Source: Candidatus Omnitrophota bacterium
GTDB taxonomy: Bacteria; Omnitrophota; Gorgyraeia; Gygaellales; Profunditerraquicolaceae
Reading direction: 5' to 3'
Length of the DNA stretch: 64,000 bases
Assembly (NCBI GenBank): GCA_041651035.1
Contig: JBAZKC010000001.1
Span: 323,244 to 387,243, forward strand
The translations under genes and the position numbers were made by a program. The notes under the pieces were generated by a model, which saw only the letters and a list, made by a program, of their open reading frames with translations, was not told the DNA's origin and ran no database searches. Positions 45,071 through 54,100 of this stretch are shown here, one piece after another; the stretch's first letter is position 1, and each line of letters begins with the position of its first letter.

Positions 45071-46531
45071 TTAGATGTGCGCTTCGCCTTTAGTGGCTCC
45101 GGCTTCCCATTTTCCTACGCCTGCCATAACATCCTGGAAACAAAGCTTGGCAAGAGGATCAAAATTGCTTTCCATGATCCGGTTGATCCTGCCGGGTTTA
45201 GAAAAGAATTCGCGCATACACCAGGAACCCAGGCGGCCCAAATCTTCGGTAGTAAGATGATCCGTCGGGATAACCGGATGCAGGAAATCCCAGGTACTGA
45301 AATCAACTTTTTTAGGGTCGATCCAGTTTTTCTTCATGGCGATCCTCCACATCGGGGAATTCGGCGCGGGAGTAACGTAGCCGACCCAGAGGATATCCGG
45401 ATCAACCTGGTCCGTAAACTCAAAGCGCTGCTTGATGATCTCTTCGGTGTCGTAATCAAAACCCATCATAATATCGGCGACGATCGCGATGTCATGCTTG
45501 CGCAGAAGCTCAATGGTTTTTTTGATCTGGTCTAACGTAATACCCTTGGCTATTCTCTTAAGTTCTGACTGCGTGGTAACCTCGATGCCGAATACCCCCA
45601 TAAACAACCCTGTTTCTTTCATTAAGGGAAGTACGGATTCACAATTGACCCAGTCAATGGCGCGGCCCAGGGAAACCCATTTAATATCGATCTTTTTTTG
45701 CTTCTTTAATTCGCAGAATCTCCTGACGCGTTCGGGGTCTACGTTAAAATTATCATCCTGGATAACCACTACCTTTACCCCGTATTTATTCTGCAGAAGT
45801 TCCATCTCCTCTATTACGCGTTCCGGGGATTTGGCGCGCCAGGTCAAGAAATCAGAGGGGTGGCGCGGATCATACTGGTCCCATTCATAACAAAAGGTGC
45901 AGGCAGAAGGGCAGCCGCGCGAGGTCACCATGTCCACAAACGGCTTCCAGTAAGTATGCCCCACGTATTTATCCATGGGAAACAGGTCATATGCCGGTAA
46001 AGGCAATTTATCTAAATCCTGCATAAGCGGTTTGTGCGGCCCCATGACAATCTTACCGTCAATGCGCGAGGTAACGCCGCCGACATCCTTAAGGTTTTTC
46101 TTTTTATCTATAGCCTCAATTAAATCGCCAAAAGACTCCTCTTCGCCCATGACCACAAAATCAACAGCCGGATTCTCTTCCAGCGTCGGAACAGGCATTG
46201 CCGAATACCATAAGCCGCCGAAAATTATCTTTGTTTCAGGCAGTGCCTGCTTGATCTTCTCGGCTGCTTCCTTAAAATGCCTTAATACTCCGTAGCCGCC
46301 ATAGCCATGCAGTTGTTCGCCCATCACCACCACATCGGGATTTTTTGATTTCACCTGTTCGACCAGTTCATCCATCGGGGTTTGAAAGGCCTTACCGTCA
46401 ATAACTGCCACATCCGCGTAACCCCGTTCTCGGACATATGCTGCCCAGTGCGCGTAAAGCTGATTAGGTGACCTGTGTATCCCGTGTGTTGCCCACGCGC
46501 CTACTTTTGGCATTACAAATAGAATCTTCAT
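45071..46531 (-). CDS. B12-binding-domain radical SAM enzyme (class B)
   Basis: N-terminal Rossmann-like B12-binding domain. CxxxCxxC as CPSACTFC. 486 aa. Confidence 0.7.
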   Translation of the reverse strand: MKILFVMPKVGAWATHGIHRSPNQLYAHWAAYVRERGYADVAVIDGKAFQTPMDELVEQVKSKNPDVVVMGEQLHGYGGYGVLRHFKEAAEKIKQALPETKIIFGGLWYSAMPVPTLEENPAVDFVVMGEEESFGDLIEAIDKKKNLKDVGGVTSRIDGKIVMGPHKPLMQDLDKLPLPAYDLFPMDKYVGHTYWKPFVDMVTSRGCPSACTFCYEWDQYDPRHPSDFLTWRAKSPERVIEEMELLQNKYGVKVVVIQDDNFNVDPERVRRFCELKKQKKIDIKWVSLGRAIDWVNCESVLPLMKETGLFMGVFGIEVTTQSELKRIAKGITLDQIKKTIELLRKHDIAIVADIMMGFDYDTEEIIKQRFEFTDQVDPDILWVGYVTPAPNSPMWRIAMKKNWIDPKKVDFSTWDFLHPVIPTDHLTTEDLGRLGSWCMREFFSKPGRINRIMESNFDPLAKLCFQDVMAGVGKWEAGATKGEAHI

Positions 46532-46553
46532 AAAACCTCCATGTTAGATTTTA

Positions 46554-47786
46554 CTATTTACCTTTTTCAATCACCAATACAGAATTTATGCCGCCTCTCC
46601 CGCGGGAGATTATTAAAGCCTTATTTATTTTATGCTCCCTGGCTTCTTTTGTAACATAATTCAGGCCGGGGAAGACAGGAGTATCTAAATTCAACGTGGG
46701 GGGTATCAAACTGTTCTCCATCGCCAGGATCGCGATGATCAAGTCCACGGCGCCTGAAGCACCCAGCAGGTTCCCGAACATAGACTTAGGGCAGCTGACA
46801 GGTATACTTTTAAGTTTCCCGCCAAAAACATTCTTTAATGCTTCTATCTCTGAATTATCCCAGATATCTACAGCTAATCCGTCTAAACTAATATAATTAA
46901 TCTCATCCGGGGATGCTTCTGCGTCGGCAAGGGCAGTCTTGATCGCCCGGGCCAATTGCCGGCCGTCTAAGGCGGGATTGATCCTGTCTTCTCCATCGCA
47001 GCTTGTCCCGAATCCGGAAACATACGCTAATATATTCGCCCCGCGGCCAAGCGCGCGCTCTCCCGGCTCCATTACCATAATGCCGGCACCCTCTCCGATA
47101 ACAAAACCGCTGCGTTTTTTATCAAAAGGCCTGTAGGCAGCCTGGGGGTGGGCGTTATCAGTAGATAACCCGCCGTAAGTATTGCAGCATAAAAGCGCGT
47201 AAGGCGTAACCGGCGCTTCCATGCCGCCGGCCAGGATCATATCTAATTTTTGCTTAGCCAGAGTCTTGCGCGCGTAACCAATGGCCTCAATTGAACTGGC
47301 CCTGTCCGCTACAATAGTCTTGCTAAAACCCTTTATCCCGTAATAAATGGAAACCTGGCCCTGTGGCGCTGCCGGAAACCACGCCGAGGCCATATATGGG
47401 GAAACCCCTTCACGGCCCTCCAGATATAGATCGCGTAATTCCGTCTCCGCGTATAACCATCCGCCTATGGCATTACCTAAAAATATGCCTACCAGGTTAG
47501 GGTCTTCTTTCTTGATGTCTATACCCGCATCCTGCAAGGCAAGCTCTGAGGCGATCAGCGCCATATGCGAAAAAGCATCGATCTTTTTTAAAAGGCGCTC
47601 TGAAACGTGGCTGTATTTTTCCAGGTCATCTATCTGTCCGGCGATATGAGCGGGATATTTAGAGGCGTCAAAACGGGTGATCTCCTTAATAAACGACCTG
47701 CCGGCTTTGATATTGGCCCAGAATTGCCGGCGGCCTATTCCCGACGGAGCAACTATGCCTAAACCCGTAACCGCGACTTTTTTCAC
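46554..47786 (-). CDS. Ketosynthase-fold protein lacking the Cys-His-His triad (KS-beta / chain-length-factor-like)
   Basis: Aligns along its length with the adjacent KS. The active-site Cys position reads IVADRASS. The His positions read CDGEDR and SLDGLAV. Its start overlaps the KS stop by 1 nt. Confidence 0.7.
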   Translation of the reverse strand: MKKVAVTGLGIVAPSGIGRRQFWANIKAGRSFIKEITRFDASKYPAHIAGQIDDLEKYSHVSERLLKKIDAFSHMALIASELALQDAGIDIKKEDPNLVGIFLGNAIGGWLYAETELRDLYLEGREGVSPYMASAWFPAAPQGQVSIYYGIKGFSKTIVADRASSIEAIGYARKTLAKQKLDMILAGGMEAPVTPYALLCCNTYGGLSTDNAHPQAAYRPFDKKRSGFVIGEGAGIMVMEPGERALGRGANILAYVSGFGTSCDGEDRINPALDGRQLARAIKTALADAEASPDEINYISLDGLAVDIWDNSEIEALKNVFGGKLKSIPVSCPKSMFGNLLGASGAVDLIIAILAMENSLIPPTLNLDTPVFPGLNYVTKEAREHKINKALIISRGRGGINSVLVIEKGK

Positions 47787-49048
47787 TATACCTCCAGACG
47801 TTTAAGGATTAATGATGAATGTATGCCTGAGAATCCGCTTGAAGTCTTAAGGATAGTCTTTACTTTCTTGGCCCGTGCCACATTGGGGATGTAATCCAAG
47901 TCGCAGCGGGGATCTTTTTCCTCCTGGTTTATCGTGGGAGGAAGAATATCTTTCTGAAAGATCATGGAACAAACTACCAGCTCTATGGCATTGGCCGCGG
48001 CCAAGGGATGGCCGATCATGGATTTTAAGGAACTGGCCGGAAGTTTATACGCGTAATCCCCAAAGACCATTTTATAAGCGGAAGTCTCAAATATATCATT
48101 CATGCGCGTGGATGAACCGTGCGCGTTAATGTAATCTATGCCTTGCGGTTTTATATCCGCGTCTTTAAGCGCTAAATTAATACAATTAGCCATGGCTGAG
48201 CCGTCGGATGGCAAATCCGTCATATGGAAGGCATTGCAGCTTGTGCCAAAACCCGCTACTTCAGCGTAAATATGGGCGTTGCGTTTTAAAGCATGGCCTA
48301 GCTCTTCCAGGATCAATATGCCTGCCCCCTCTGAAAGTACAAACCCATCGCGCTTGTTATCAAACGGCCTGCTGGCAGCTTCCGGCCGGTCATTACGCGC
48401 GGACAGTACATTAACCACGTCAAAGGCGCCAAAGGTAACTGGAGTGATCGGCGCCTCCGCGGCTCCAGCGAACATTATGTCCTGTTCACCGTCCTGAATG
48501 ACCTCTAAAGCAAACCCTAATGAATCAGTTCCCGCGGTACAACCCGTAGAAAGCGTGTTACAAATACCCTTTAACCCGAGCCTAGCTGATATTTCAATGG
48601 AAGGCGTATTAAACATCGCCGCGTCATACAGATCCGGCCTTACTTTTGACGGATCAATGGGATTCTTGCCGTCGTCGGTAACTAAGGCGAATTCCTCTTC
48701 CATATATTTTGTTCCGCAGATAGCATTGGCAAGGCAGACCCCGATGCGCTGGGGATCTTCTTTAGATAAAACTAATCCACTGTCTTTTAAGGCCATATCT
48801 CCGCAGACTACGCCAAACTGCACATATCTATCCATGCGCACCGCTTCTTCATGCGTAAGGCCGAGTTTGAAAGGATCAAAATCGCGCACTTCCGCGGCGA
48901 TCCTGGTATTAAATAGAGATACATCAAAGCCATCTACCAGTTTTACCGCTGATTTTCCCGATGACATTGCCTGCCAAACGTTATCCTTACCTATGCCGTT
49001 AGGCGAAACCACCCCTACTCCCGTAATAACCACTCTTCTCTTTGCCAT
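47786..49048 (-). CDS. Beta-ketoacyl synthase (KS-alpha / FabF-like condensing enzyme)
   Basis: Active-site Cys (LSTGCTAGTDS) and both His (FHMTD, NAHGSST). Also GHPLAAAN. 420 aa. Confidence 0.8.
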   Translation of the reverse strand: MAKRRVVITGVGVVSPNGIGKDNVWQAMSSGKSAVKLVDGFDVSLFNTRIAAEVRDFDPFKLGLTHEEAVRMDRYVQFGVVCGDMALKDSGLVLSKEDPQRIGVCLANAICGTKYMEEEFALVTDDGKNPIDPSKVRPDLYDAAMFNTPSIEISARLGLKGICNTLSTGCTAGTDSLGFALEVIQDGEQDIMFAGAAEAPITPVTFGAFDVVNVLSARNDRPEAASRPFDNKRDGFVLSEGAGILILEELGHALKRNAHIYAEVAGFGTSCNAFHMTDLPSDGSAMANCINLALKDADIKPQGIDYINAHGSSTRMNDIFETSAYKMVFGDYAYKLPASSLKSMIGHPLAAANAIELVVCSMIFQKDILPPTINQEEKDPRCDLDYIPNVARAKKVKTILKTSSGFSGIHSSLILKRLEV

Positions 49049-49049
49049 T

Positions 49050-49652
49050 TTACTTTTCTTTATCCTCTTGGACCCGCCTTACTTTAAAAACAATATTTCC
49101 CCCGTCGGGACAAGTGACCGTATCTATGGAGTCAGGGTCTTCCATAAAGAAGAACTTGGCTCCGAAATTAAGCGCGAAAAGCGCCGGAAATGCCGTATGG
49201 AACGCCGCGCCGCAGAAACCGGGGATACATTTCAAACCTTGCGTCTCCCATTTATCCCCGACTTTATAACCAAAAGCGCATTTACCTTTTGCCTTGGCTA
49301 CCTCAATTATCATTTTCTTAGGGTTAGGCCCCTTAAAATCAGGGTCCTTAGGCAATACTTTGACCTTACCCTCTTTGTCTAAAACCTCCGCCTTAAATTC
49401 CAGCTTACCTCCGTCGGGGCAAGTTACTAACAATGAATGCTGGTTATCGCGGAAGCCGAATTTTGCCCCAAAACTTAAAGCATAGGCAACCGGAAAAAGC
49501 GCGTGGGCCAACCCCAGGCAAAAATACTTAGGCGCGTGCGTGAAATCTTCAAGTACCAGCTCATCGCCGATCTTATAACCATGATAACAATGGCCGAAGA
49601 CATTGGTTACCGTAAGTTTTAATTTAGGAAAAGGAGAATTGATCTCGTTCAC
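49050..49652 (-). CDS. Tandem-duplicated small Cys-rich domain protein (TIGR04076-like, x2)
   Basis: Two ~95-aa repeats, each with C..GYK.GD, C.G.(A/C)..A....FP...AL.FGAKF and VTCPDGG..(E/V)FK. The family assignment is from memory. Confidence 0.45.
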   Translation of the reverse strand: MNEINSPFPKLKLTVTNVFGHCYHGYKIGDELVLEDFTHAPKYFCLGLAHALFPVAYALSFGAKFGFRDNQHSLLVTCPDGGKLEFKAEVLDKEGKVKVLPKDPDFKGPNPKKMIIEVAKAKGKCAFGYKVGDKWETQGLKCIPGFCGAAFHTAFPALFALNFGAKFFFMEDPDSIDTVTCPDGGNIVFKVRRVQEDKEK

Positions 49653-50647
49653 AGGCCTTTTATATTATTCAGTAATTCTTCCTTGGTAAAAAACTTCCGC
49701 GTTTGTTCAACTTTATGCACCATCTCCACTAATTTCTTATTCAAAGGAGCGTTTAGTTTATACTTCTCGGCTATAAGCAGAAACTCGCCATTTATATAAT
49801 CGATCTCGGAAGCCTTTCCTCTTTTTATGCTCTGCAATATTGAGCCGTAAAGCGGCTCTTTGTTTAGATTAATCATGATACCGGAAAATATCTTCGCTGC
49901 TTCCAGATTAGGCATAGAAGTCAATTTTGTCAGCCTCTCTAATGGGAAATCCGGCAAAGACAACAACCGGATACCTGCTTTATCCATGATATCCAGGCCT
50001 TCTTTCCATATGGCAATACTGATACTGCTAATATCTATATCCAAGAACGCTTCCTGCATGCTTACGCCTAGTATCGCCGGTATACAATTATTGGCATTAA
50101 CGAATATCTTAAGGTACTTCATTCCCTTTAAGTCTTCTGCTACGATAGTAGGGAAGGCTTTATCTAAAACCCGGCTTATTTCTACCGTCTTTTCATCATT
50201 ATTAGTGAACGCCCTGCCAATGATCCAGCTGCCTTCAAAATTATGCGCTATCTTGCCCCGCTCTAAATAAGTAGCGCCAAACATGACAATGCTGGAGATT
50301 ATATTCTCAGCAGGAACATACTTGGCAACTATACCATCTGCGGCTATCCCGTTTTGAGTAGTCAAGATCGTAGCACTGCCGATAAATCCCAGGTTCTCTT
50401 TTACCGCTCGCTCAACATCCTGTACTTTTGTAGCCAGGATCACCAAGTCAGGGCTTTGGGATAGCTTTTCCTGCGCGTCTATCCGGATATTAAAATCACC
50501 CCTTACTCCGGAAATCTGTAACCCATTTTCTTTTATCGCCCTTATCGAATCAGCGCTGCCCGATAAAGAGACATCCGCGTTTTTAAGTTTTAAATACCCT
50601 GCCACCAGGCCGCCTATTGCCCCGCTTCCGACTACCGCTATCTTCAT
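49649..50647 (-). CDS. Ketopantoate reductase family (PanE/ApbA-like) NAD(P)H-dependent reductase
   Basis: MKIAVVGSGAIGGLVAGYL Rossmann N-terminus and the ApbA C-terminal helical domain. 332 aa. Confidence 0.65.
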   Translation of the reverse strand: MKIAVVGSGAIGGLVAGYLKLKNADVSLSGSADSIRAIKENGLQISGVRGDFNIRIDAQEKLSQSPDLVILATKVQDVERAVKENLGFIGSATILTTQNGIAADGIVAKYVPAENIISSIVMFGATYLERGKIAHNFEGSWIIGRAFTNNDEKTVEISRVLDKAFPTIVAEDLKGMKYLKIFVNANNCIPAILGVSMQEAFLDIDISSISIAIWKEGLDIMDKAGIRLLSLPDFPLERLTKLTSMPNLEAAKIFSGIMINLNKEPLYGSILQSIKRGKASEIDYINGEFLLIAEKYKLNAPLNKKLVEMVHKVEQTRKFFTKEELLNNIKGL

Positions 50648-50665
50648 TTTATACCTTTTGTGATC

Positions 50666-51004
50666 TTATTGCTGCCGCCTGGGAAAACCGTATTTTTTAT
50701 AATCAAACCCTGTCTGCTCTAATAACCTGATCATCATGCCATAGAATGGCGAAGGCACATCGCAAAAAAAGGCAGCTATCACGTCCTGCTCTTCAATCTG
50801 CTTAGCTTGCCTGAGTGAGGCGTTCTCCTGGGCTCTCTTAGTTACCGCTTCTTCGGTAATGTGACGGTGGAAAACGGGGATCTTAGAGATCATCAGCTGG
50901 AACTTTGTCTTAACTTCATTATTCCAATCCATGGGATTTTCCCTTCTCTGGTAATAGTAAAATTTTACTATTCCAATTTTACCGACCAAGCCAAATTTTG
51001 TCAA
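50666..51004 (-). CDS. PCP-reductase-domain-like small protein (PF08369-like); true start may be the ATG at 50932
   Basis: WNNEVKTKFQLMISKIPVFHRHITEEAVTKRAQENASLRQAKQIEEQDV matches the W..EA...L..IP.FVR...E..A pattern of the BchB/ChlB C-terminal domain. Confidence 0.35.
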   Translation of the reverse strand: MTKFGLVGKIGIVKFYYYQRRENPMDWNNEVKTKFQLMISKIPVFHRHITEEAVTKRAQENASLRQAKQIEEQDVIAAFFCDVPSPFYGMMIRLLEQTGFDYKKYGFPRRQQ

Positions 51005-51047
51005 GCAATTTCTTAATAGCTATTTATCTAATGAACTTGGAGAGGAA

Positions 51048-51566
51048 TCAGACTGTTTTTATCAGGGTCAAGAGGAACTTTGATTCCGTTTCTACCATTT
51101 GGAGGTTATGTTCCAGTATGCGCTTCAAGGGTAATGGTATCCCCTGTTTATACTTCAGGCGAAGCATTTGTTTTAGGTCGCGGGATAATTTATTTAAAAT
51201 AAATACCCGGCCCTTTAGCCTCCTGCGGGCAATATTGGAATTTATATAGGACAAGAAATACAGGCTTAGATCTAAGCTAAAATGCGGGCGTTTAAAATCC
51301 AGGAAGCTGGCGGAAAGCAGCTTATCAAAACGCGCCTGCCCGCTCTTGCTTAAGGCGTAGACAAAACGCTGCGGGCGCCTGCCTTGTTTGGCTGTGTGCT
51401 TTATCACTAACCCTTTTTTCTCTAATAAATTTAAAGGGTAATATATGGACTTTGGCTCTAAGCCGGCGAATAGAGATAAGATCTCTTTGATTTTCTTCTT
51501 TATCTCGTATCCATGCTTGGGGCTCTCTTTGAGCAAACCCAACAGCAACAGCTCATGCTCGATCAT
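51048..51566 (-). CDS. PadR-family transcriptional regulator
   Basis: LLLLGLLKESPKHGYEIKKKI...SIYYPLNLLEKKGLV winged-HTH PadR signature. 172 aa. Confidence 0.75.
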   Translation of the reverse strand: MIEHELLLLGLLKESPKHGYEIKKKIKEILSLFAGLEPKSIYYPLNLLEKKGLVIKHTAKQGRRPQRFVYALSKSGQARFDKLLSASFLDFKRPHFSLDLSLYFLSYINSNIARRRLKGRVFILNKLSRDLKQMLRLKYKQGIPLPLKRILEHNLQMVETESKFLLTLIKTV

Positions 51567-52510
51567 CCTATGACACCCATGTTCCTGAATCTCTTATATC
51601 TTAATTCCAGCAATTCTTTCTTATCCAGCGTACCAAGAGCCTTCAAATTCCTGTTTATCGCTTCTTTCAATGCCGCGGCTGTTTTCTGGGGATCGCGGTG
51701 CGCGCCGCCTAAAGGCTCCGGCACTACTTCATCAATAATGCCCATCTTTAACAAATCCTGCGCGGTCAATTTTAATACCTCCGCTGCTTCGGGCGCTTTT
51801 GCTCCGTCCTTCCACAATATCGCAGCACACCCTTCCGGAGAGATAACTGAATAATAAGCATTTTCCAGGACTAAAACACGGTCCGCTATTCCCACTCCTA
51901 ACGCCCCGCCTGAGCCGCCTTCACCAATGACTATGGCTATTATGGGTACGGATATACCCATCATCTCTCTTAAATTAAGCGCTATAGCCAGCGACTGGCC
52001 GCGTTCCTCCGCGCCTATGCCAGGATAGGCGCCGGGCGTATCTATAAATACCACGATAGGCAGGTTAGATGCTTCAGCTAATTGCATGATCCTCAGCGCC
52101 TTACGATACCCTTCGGGATGCGCGCAACCGAAATTACGCTTGAGGTTTTCTTTGGTGTCTCTCCCTTTCTGATGCCCCATGATAACCAGCTTTTGGCCGT
52201 CTAATTTAACCAAGCCGCAAACCATCGCCTTATCGTCGGCAAAAACCCTATCCCCATGCAATTCTATAAAATCAGACATGAGCATGTTAATATAATCCAA
52301 TGTATAGGGCCTGGTGGGATACCTGGCCAGCTGCACTCTTTGCCAGGCAGTTAAATCACTGTAGATGCTTTTCTTTAAATGCTCGAGCTTATCTTCCAGG
52401 CGCCTGACCTCGGAAGAAAGATCGATTTTTTTATCCGAAATGAAATTCTTCAGTTCCTCGATCTTCTTTTCCAGCTCTACAATAGGTTTTTCGAAATCAA
52501 GTCCAGCCAT
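51563..52510 (-). CDS. accA: Acetyl-CoA carboxylase carboxyltransferase alpha subunit
   Basis: 315 aa. AccA blocks (IVVFIDTPGAYPG, GEGGSGGAL). The stop overlaps the padR start by 4 nt. Confidence 0.85.
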   Translation of the reverse strand: MAGLDFEKPIVELEKKIEELKNFISDKKIDLSSEVRRLEDKLEHLKKSIYSDLTAWQRVQLARYPTRPYTLDYINMLMSDFIELHGDRVFADDKAMVCGLVKLDGQKLVIMGHQKGRDTKENLKRNFGCAHPEGYRKALRIMQLAEASNLPIVVFIDTPGAYPGIGAEERGQSLAIALNLREMMGISVPIIAIVIGEGGSGGALGVGIADRVLVLENAYYSVISPEGCAAILWKDGAKAPEAAEVLKLTAQDLLKMGIIDEVVPEPLGGAHRDPQKTAAALKEAINRNLKALGTLDKKELLELRYKRFRNMGVIG

Positions 52511-52553
52511 AATTAATGCCTATCTTTTAACCTGTGGTTTATCGAACCGGGGG

Positions 52554-53369
52554 TTAATCAACAATAGTTACTTCCGTGCCTACGGGGACTATTGAATACA
52601 GCTCTTCCACATCGGGATTTGCCATACGCACGCAGCCTTCAGTAACCTGCTGGCCTAAACTTTTAGGGTCAGTCGTGCCGTGTATGCCATAACCAGGCAG
52701 GTTAAACCCCAGCCAGCGCGTACCCAGTACATTCTCAGGGCTTTGGGCCGGGACAACCGCGCCTGCCTTAAACCAGGTAGGATTCATTAGCTTGTTGGTT
52801 ATCTTAAGAGTGCCTACCGGGCTGGAATTGTTTTTACCTGTGGCAACAATGTATGTTTTAACTATGTCTTCATCGGATTTTAAAATAAGGATATTCTGGG
52901 ATTTGTCCACAAATATACTAAAAGGCGCTGTCCATACCTTGATCTTCCTGCCCGGCAAGATCCTGTCATTGGCCAGATTATTGCTCTTCATAATTAAATC
53001 GCCCGTAGTTTTAAACTCTTTAGCGATCCTGGCTATCGTATCACCCGGCTTGATCTCATAAACAATGCTCTTAGGAGTTATAGTGGGAGAAAATAATAAT
53101 TTTATGTTTATATCTTCAGCCTTCTTCTGCCAATTCATGACCTCCCTTGAATTGGGAAATTCGCTGATCAGTTTCTGATATGCCGCGCCGCTAGACATAA
53201 GCTCTCCCTTGGCCTCAGAATCTTTAGCCTGGCCAAGCAAGCTGGTTAAATCCGCGGGGTTACATGTTTTAGCTGGAGAAGAACTCCCATTCTTTTTGAT
53301 ATTTAAAGCTATAGAAACAATTAAGATTATTAAGGCTGCGGAACCTGCGATAAGTAGCTTCTTCTTCAC
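52554..53369 (-). CDS. L,D-transpeptidase (YkuD) with a LysM domain
   Basis: LysM (YEIKPGDTIARIAKEF) plus the catalytic HGT...GCVRM motif. Signal/TM anchor present. 271 aa. Confidence 0.75.
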   Translation of the reverse strand: MKKKLLIAGSAALIILIVSIALNIKKNGSSSPAKTCNPADLTSLLGQAKDSEAKGELMSSGAAYQKLISEFPNSREVMNWQKKAEDINIKLLFSPTITPKSIVYEIKPGDTIARIAKEFKTTGDLIMKSNNLANDRILPGRKIKVWTAPFSIFVDKSQNILILKSDEDIVKTYIVATGKNNSSPVGTLKITNKLMNPTWFKAGAVVPAQSPENVLGTRWLGFNLPGYGIHGTTDPKSLGQQVTEGCVRMANPDVEELYSIVPVGTEVTIVD

Positions 53370-53412
53370 CGAATCCTCCTTTAATAAACCCTGATCATTT
53401 GATCGAACGATT

Positions 53413-53859
53413 TTACTGCGCTAAAAAAGCAATGGCTACGCCCAATAAAAACCCTACAATGACTTCTACCGGAGTATGGCCTACGAGTTCGCGCAACCTG
53501 CCCTCGTCAATCTTACCCTGCCAATATATATCTTCCGTTATTTTATTCAATATGCGGGCCTGCTTACCGGTAGCCCGGCGCACACCCTGGGCATCAAACA
53601 TCACTACAATGGCAAATACGGCAGCCAGGGCAAAGTAAGCGCTGCCAAATCCGTATTCGATCCCCATGGCCGTAGCTAAACAAGAAGCTCCTGTGGCATG
53701 GCTGGAAGGCATCCCTCCGGTGCCTACGAACCAGCGAAAGTCAAATTTCTTCTGGCGGATGACGCCTATAGCTACCTTAATTGTCTGGGCGATCAACCAG
53801 GCAGAAATGGTGGTCATCAGGATCTTATTCTTAACTATCTGGGTAAATATCTCCATCAT
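53413..53859 (-). CDS. Divergent PAP2-family membrane protein (DUF212-like)
   Basis: GGMPSSHATG motif and 4 TM helices. 148 aa. Confidence 0.55.
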   Translation of the reverse strand: MMEIFTQIVKNKILMTTISAWLIAQTIKVAIGVIRQKKFDFRWFVGTGGMPSSHATGASCLATAMGIEYGFGSAYFALAAVFAIVVMFDAQGVRRATGKQARILNKITEDIYWQGKIDEGRLRELVGHTPVEVIVGFLLGVAIAFLAQ

Positions 53860-54100
53860 TATTATTCTTTCACCAGTAAAACCGGGGCGCGTTTAAAGAT
53901 GCTAATACGGTTTTAGCCAACAAGAAGGCGTTTAACATATTCTTAAGCAAGGTGTTATAGTAAATTAGTATTATATAATCCAGGCATATAAAAAGCAAGA
54001 TTTTTTCTACGGGCCGGCTGATTACCGGAGTTTCTTAGTTAGATTTAACGGTTCATCACGTCTATTAAAGTAGGAAACATACCCTAAGGAGGCAAACAAG

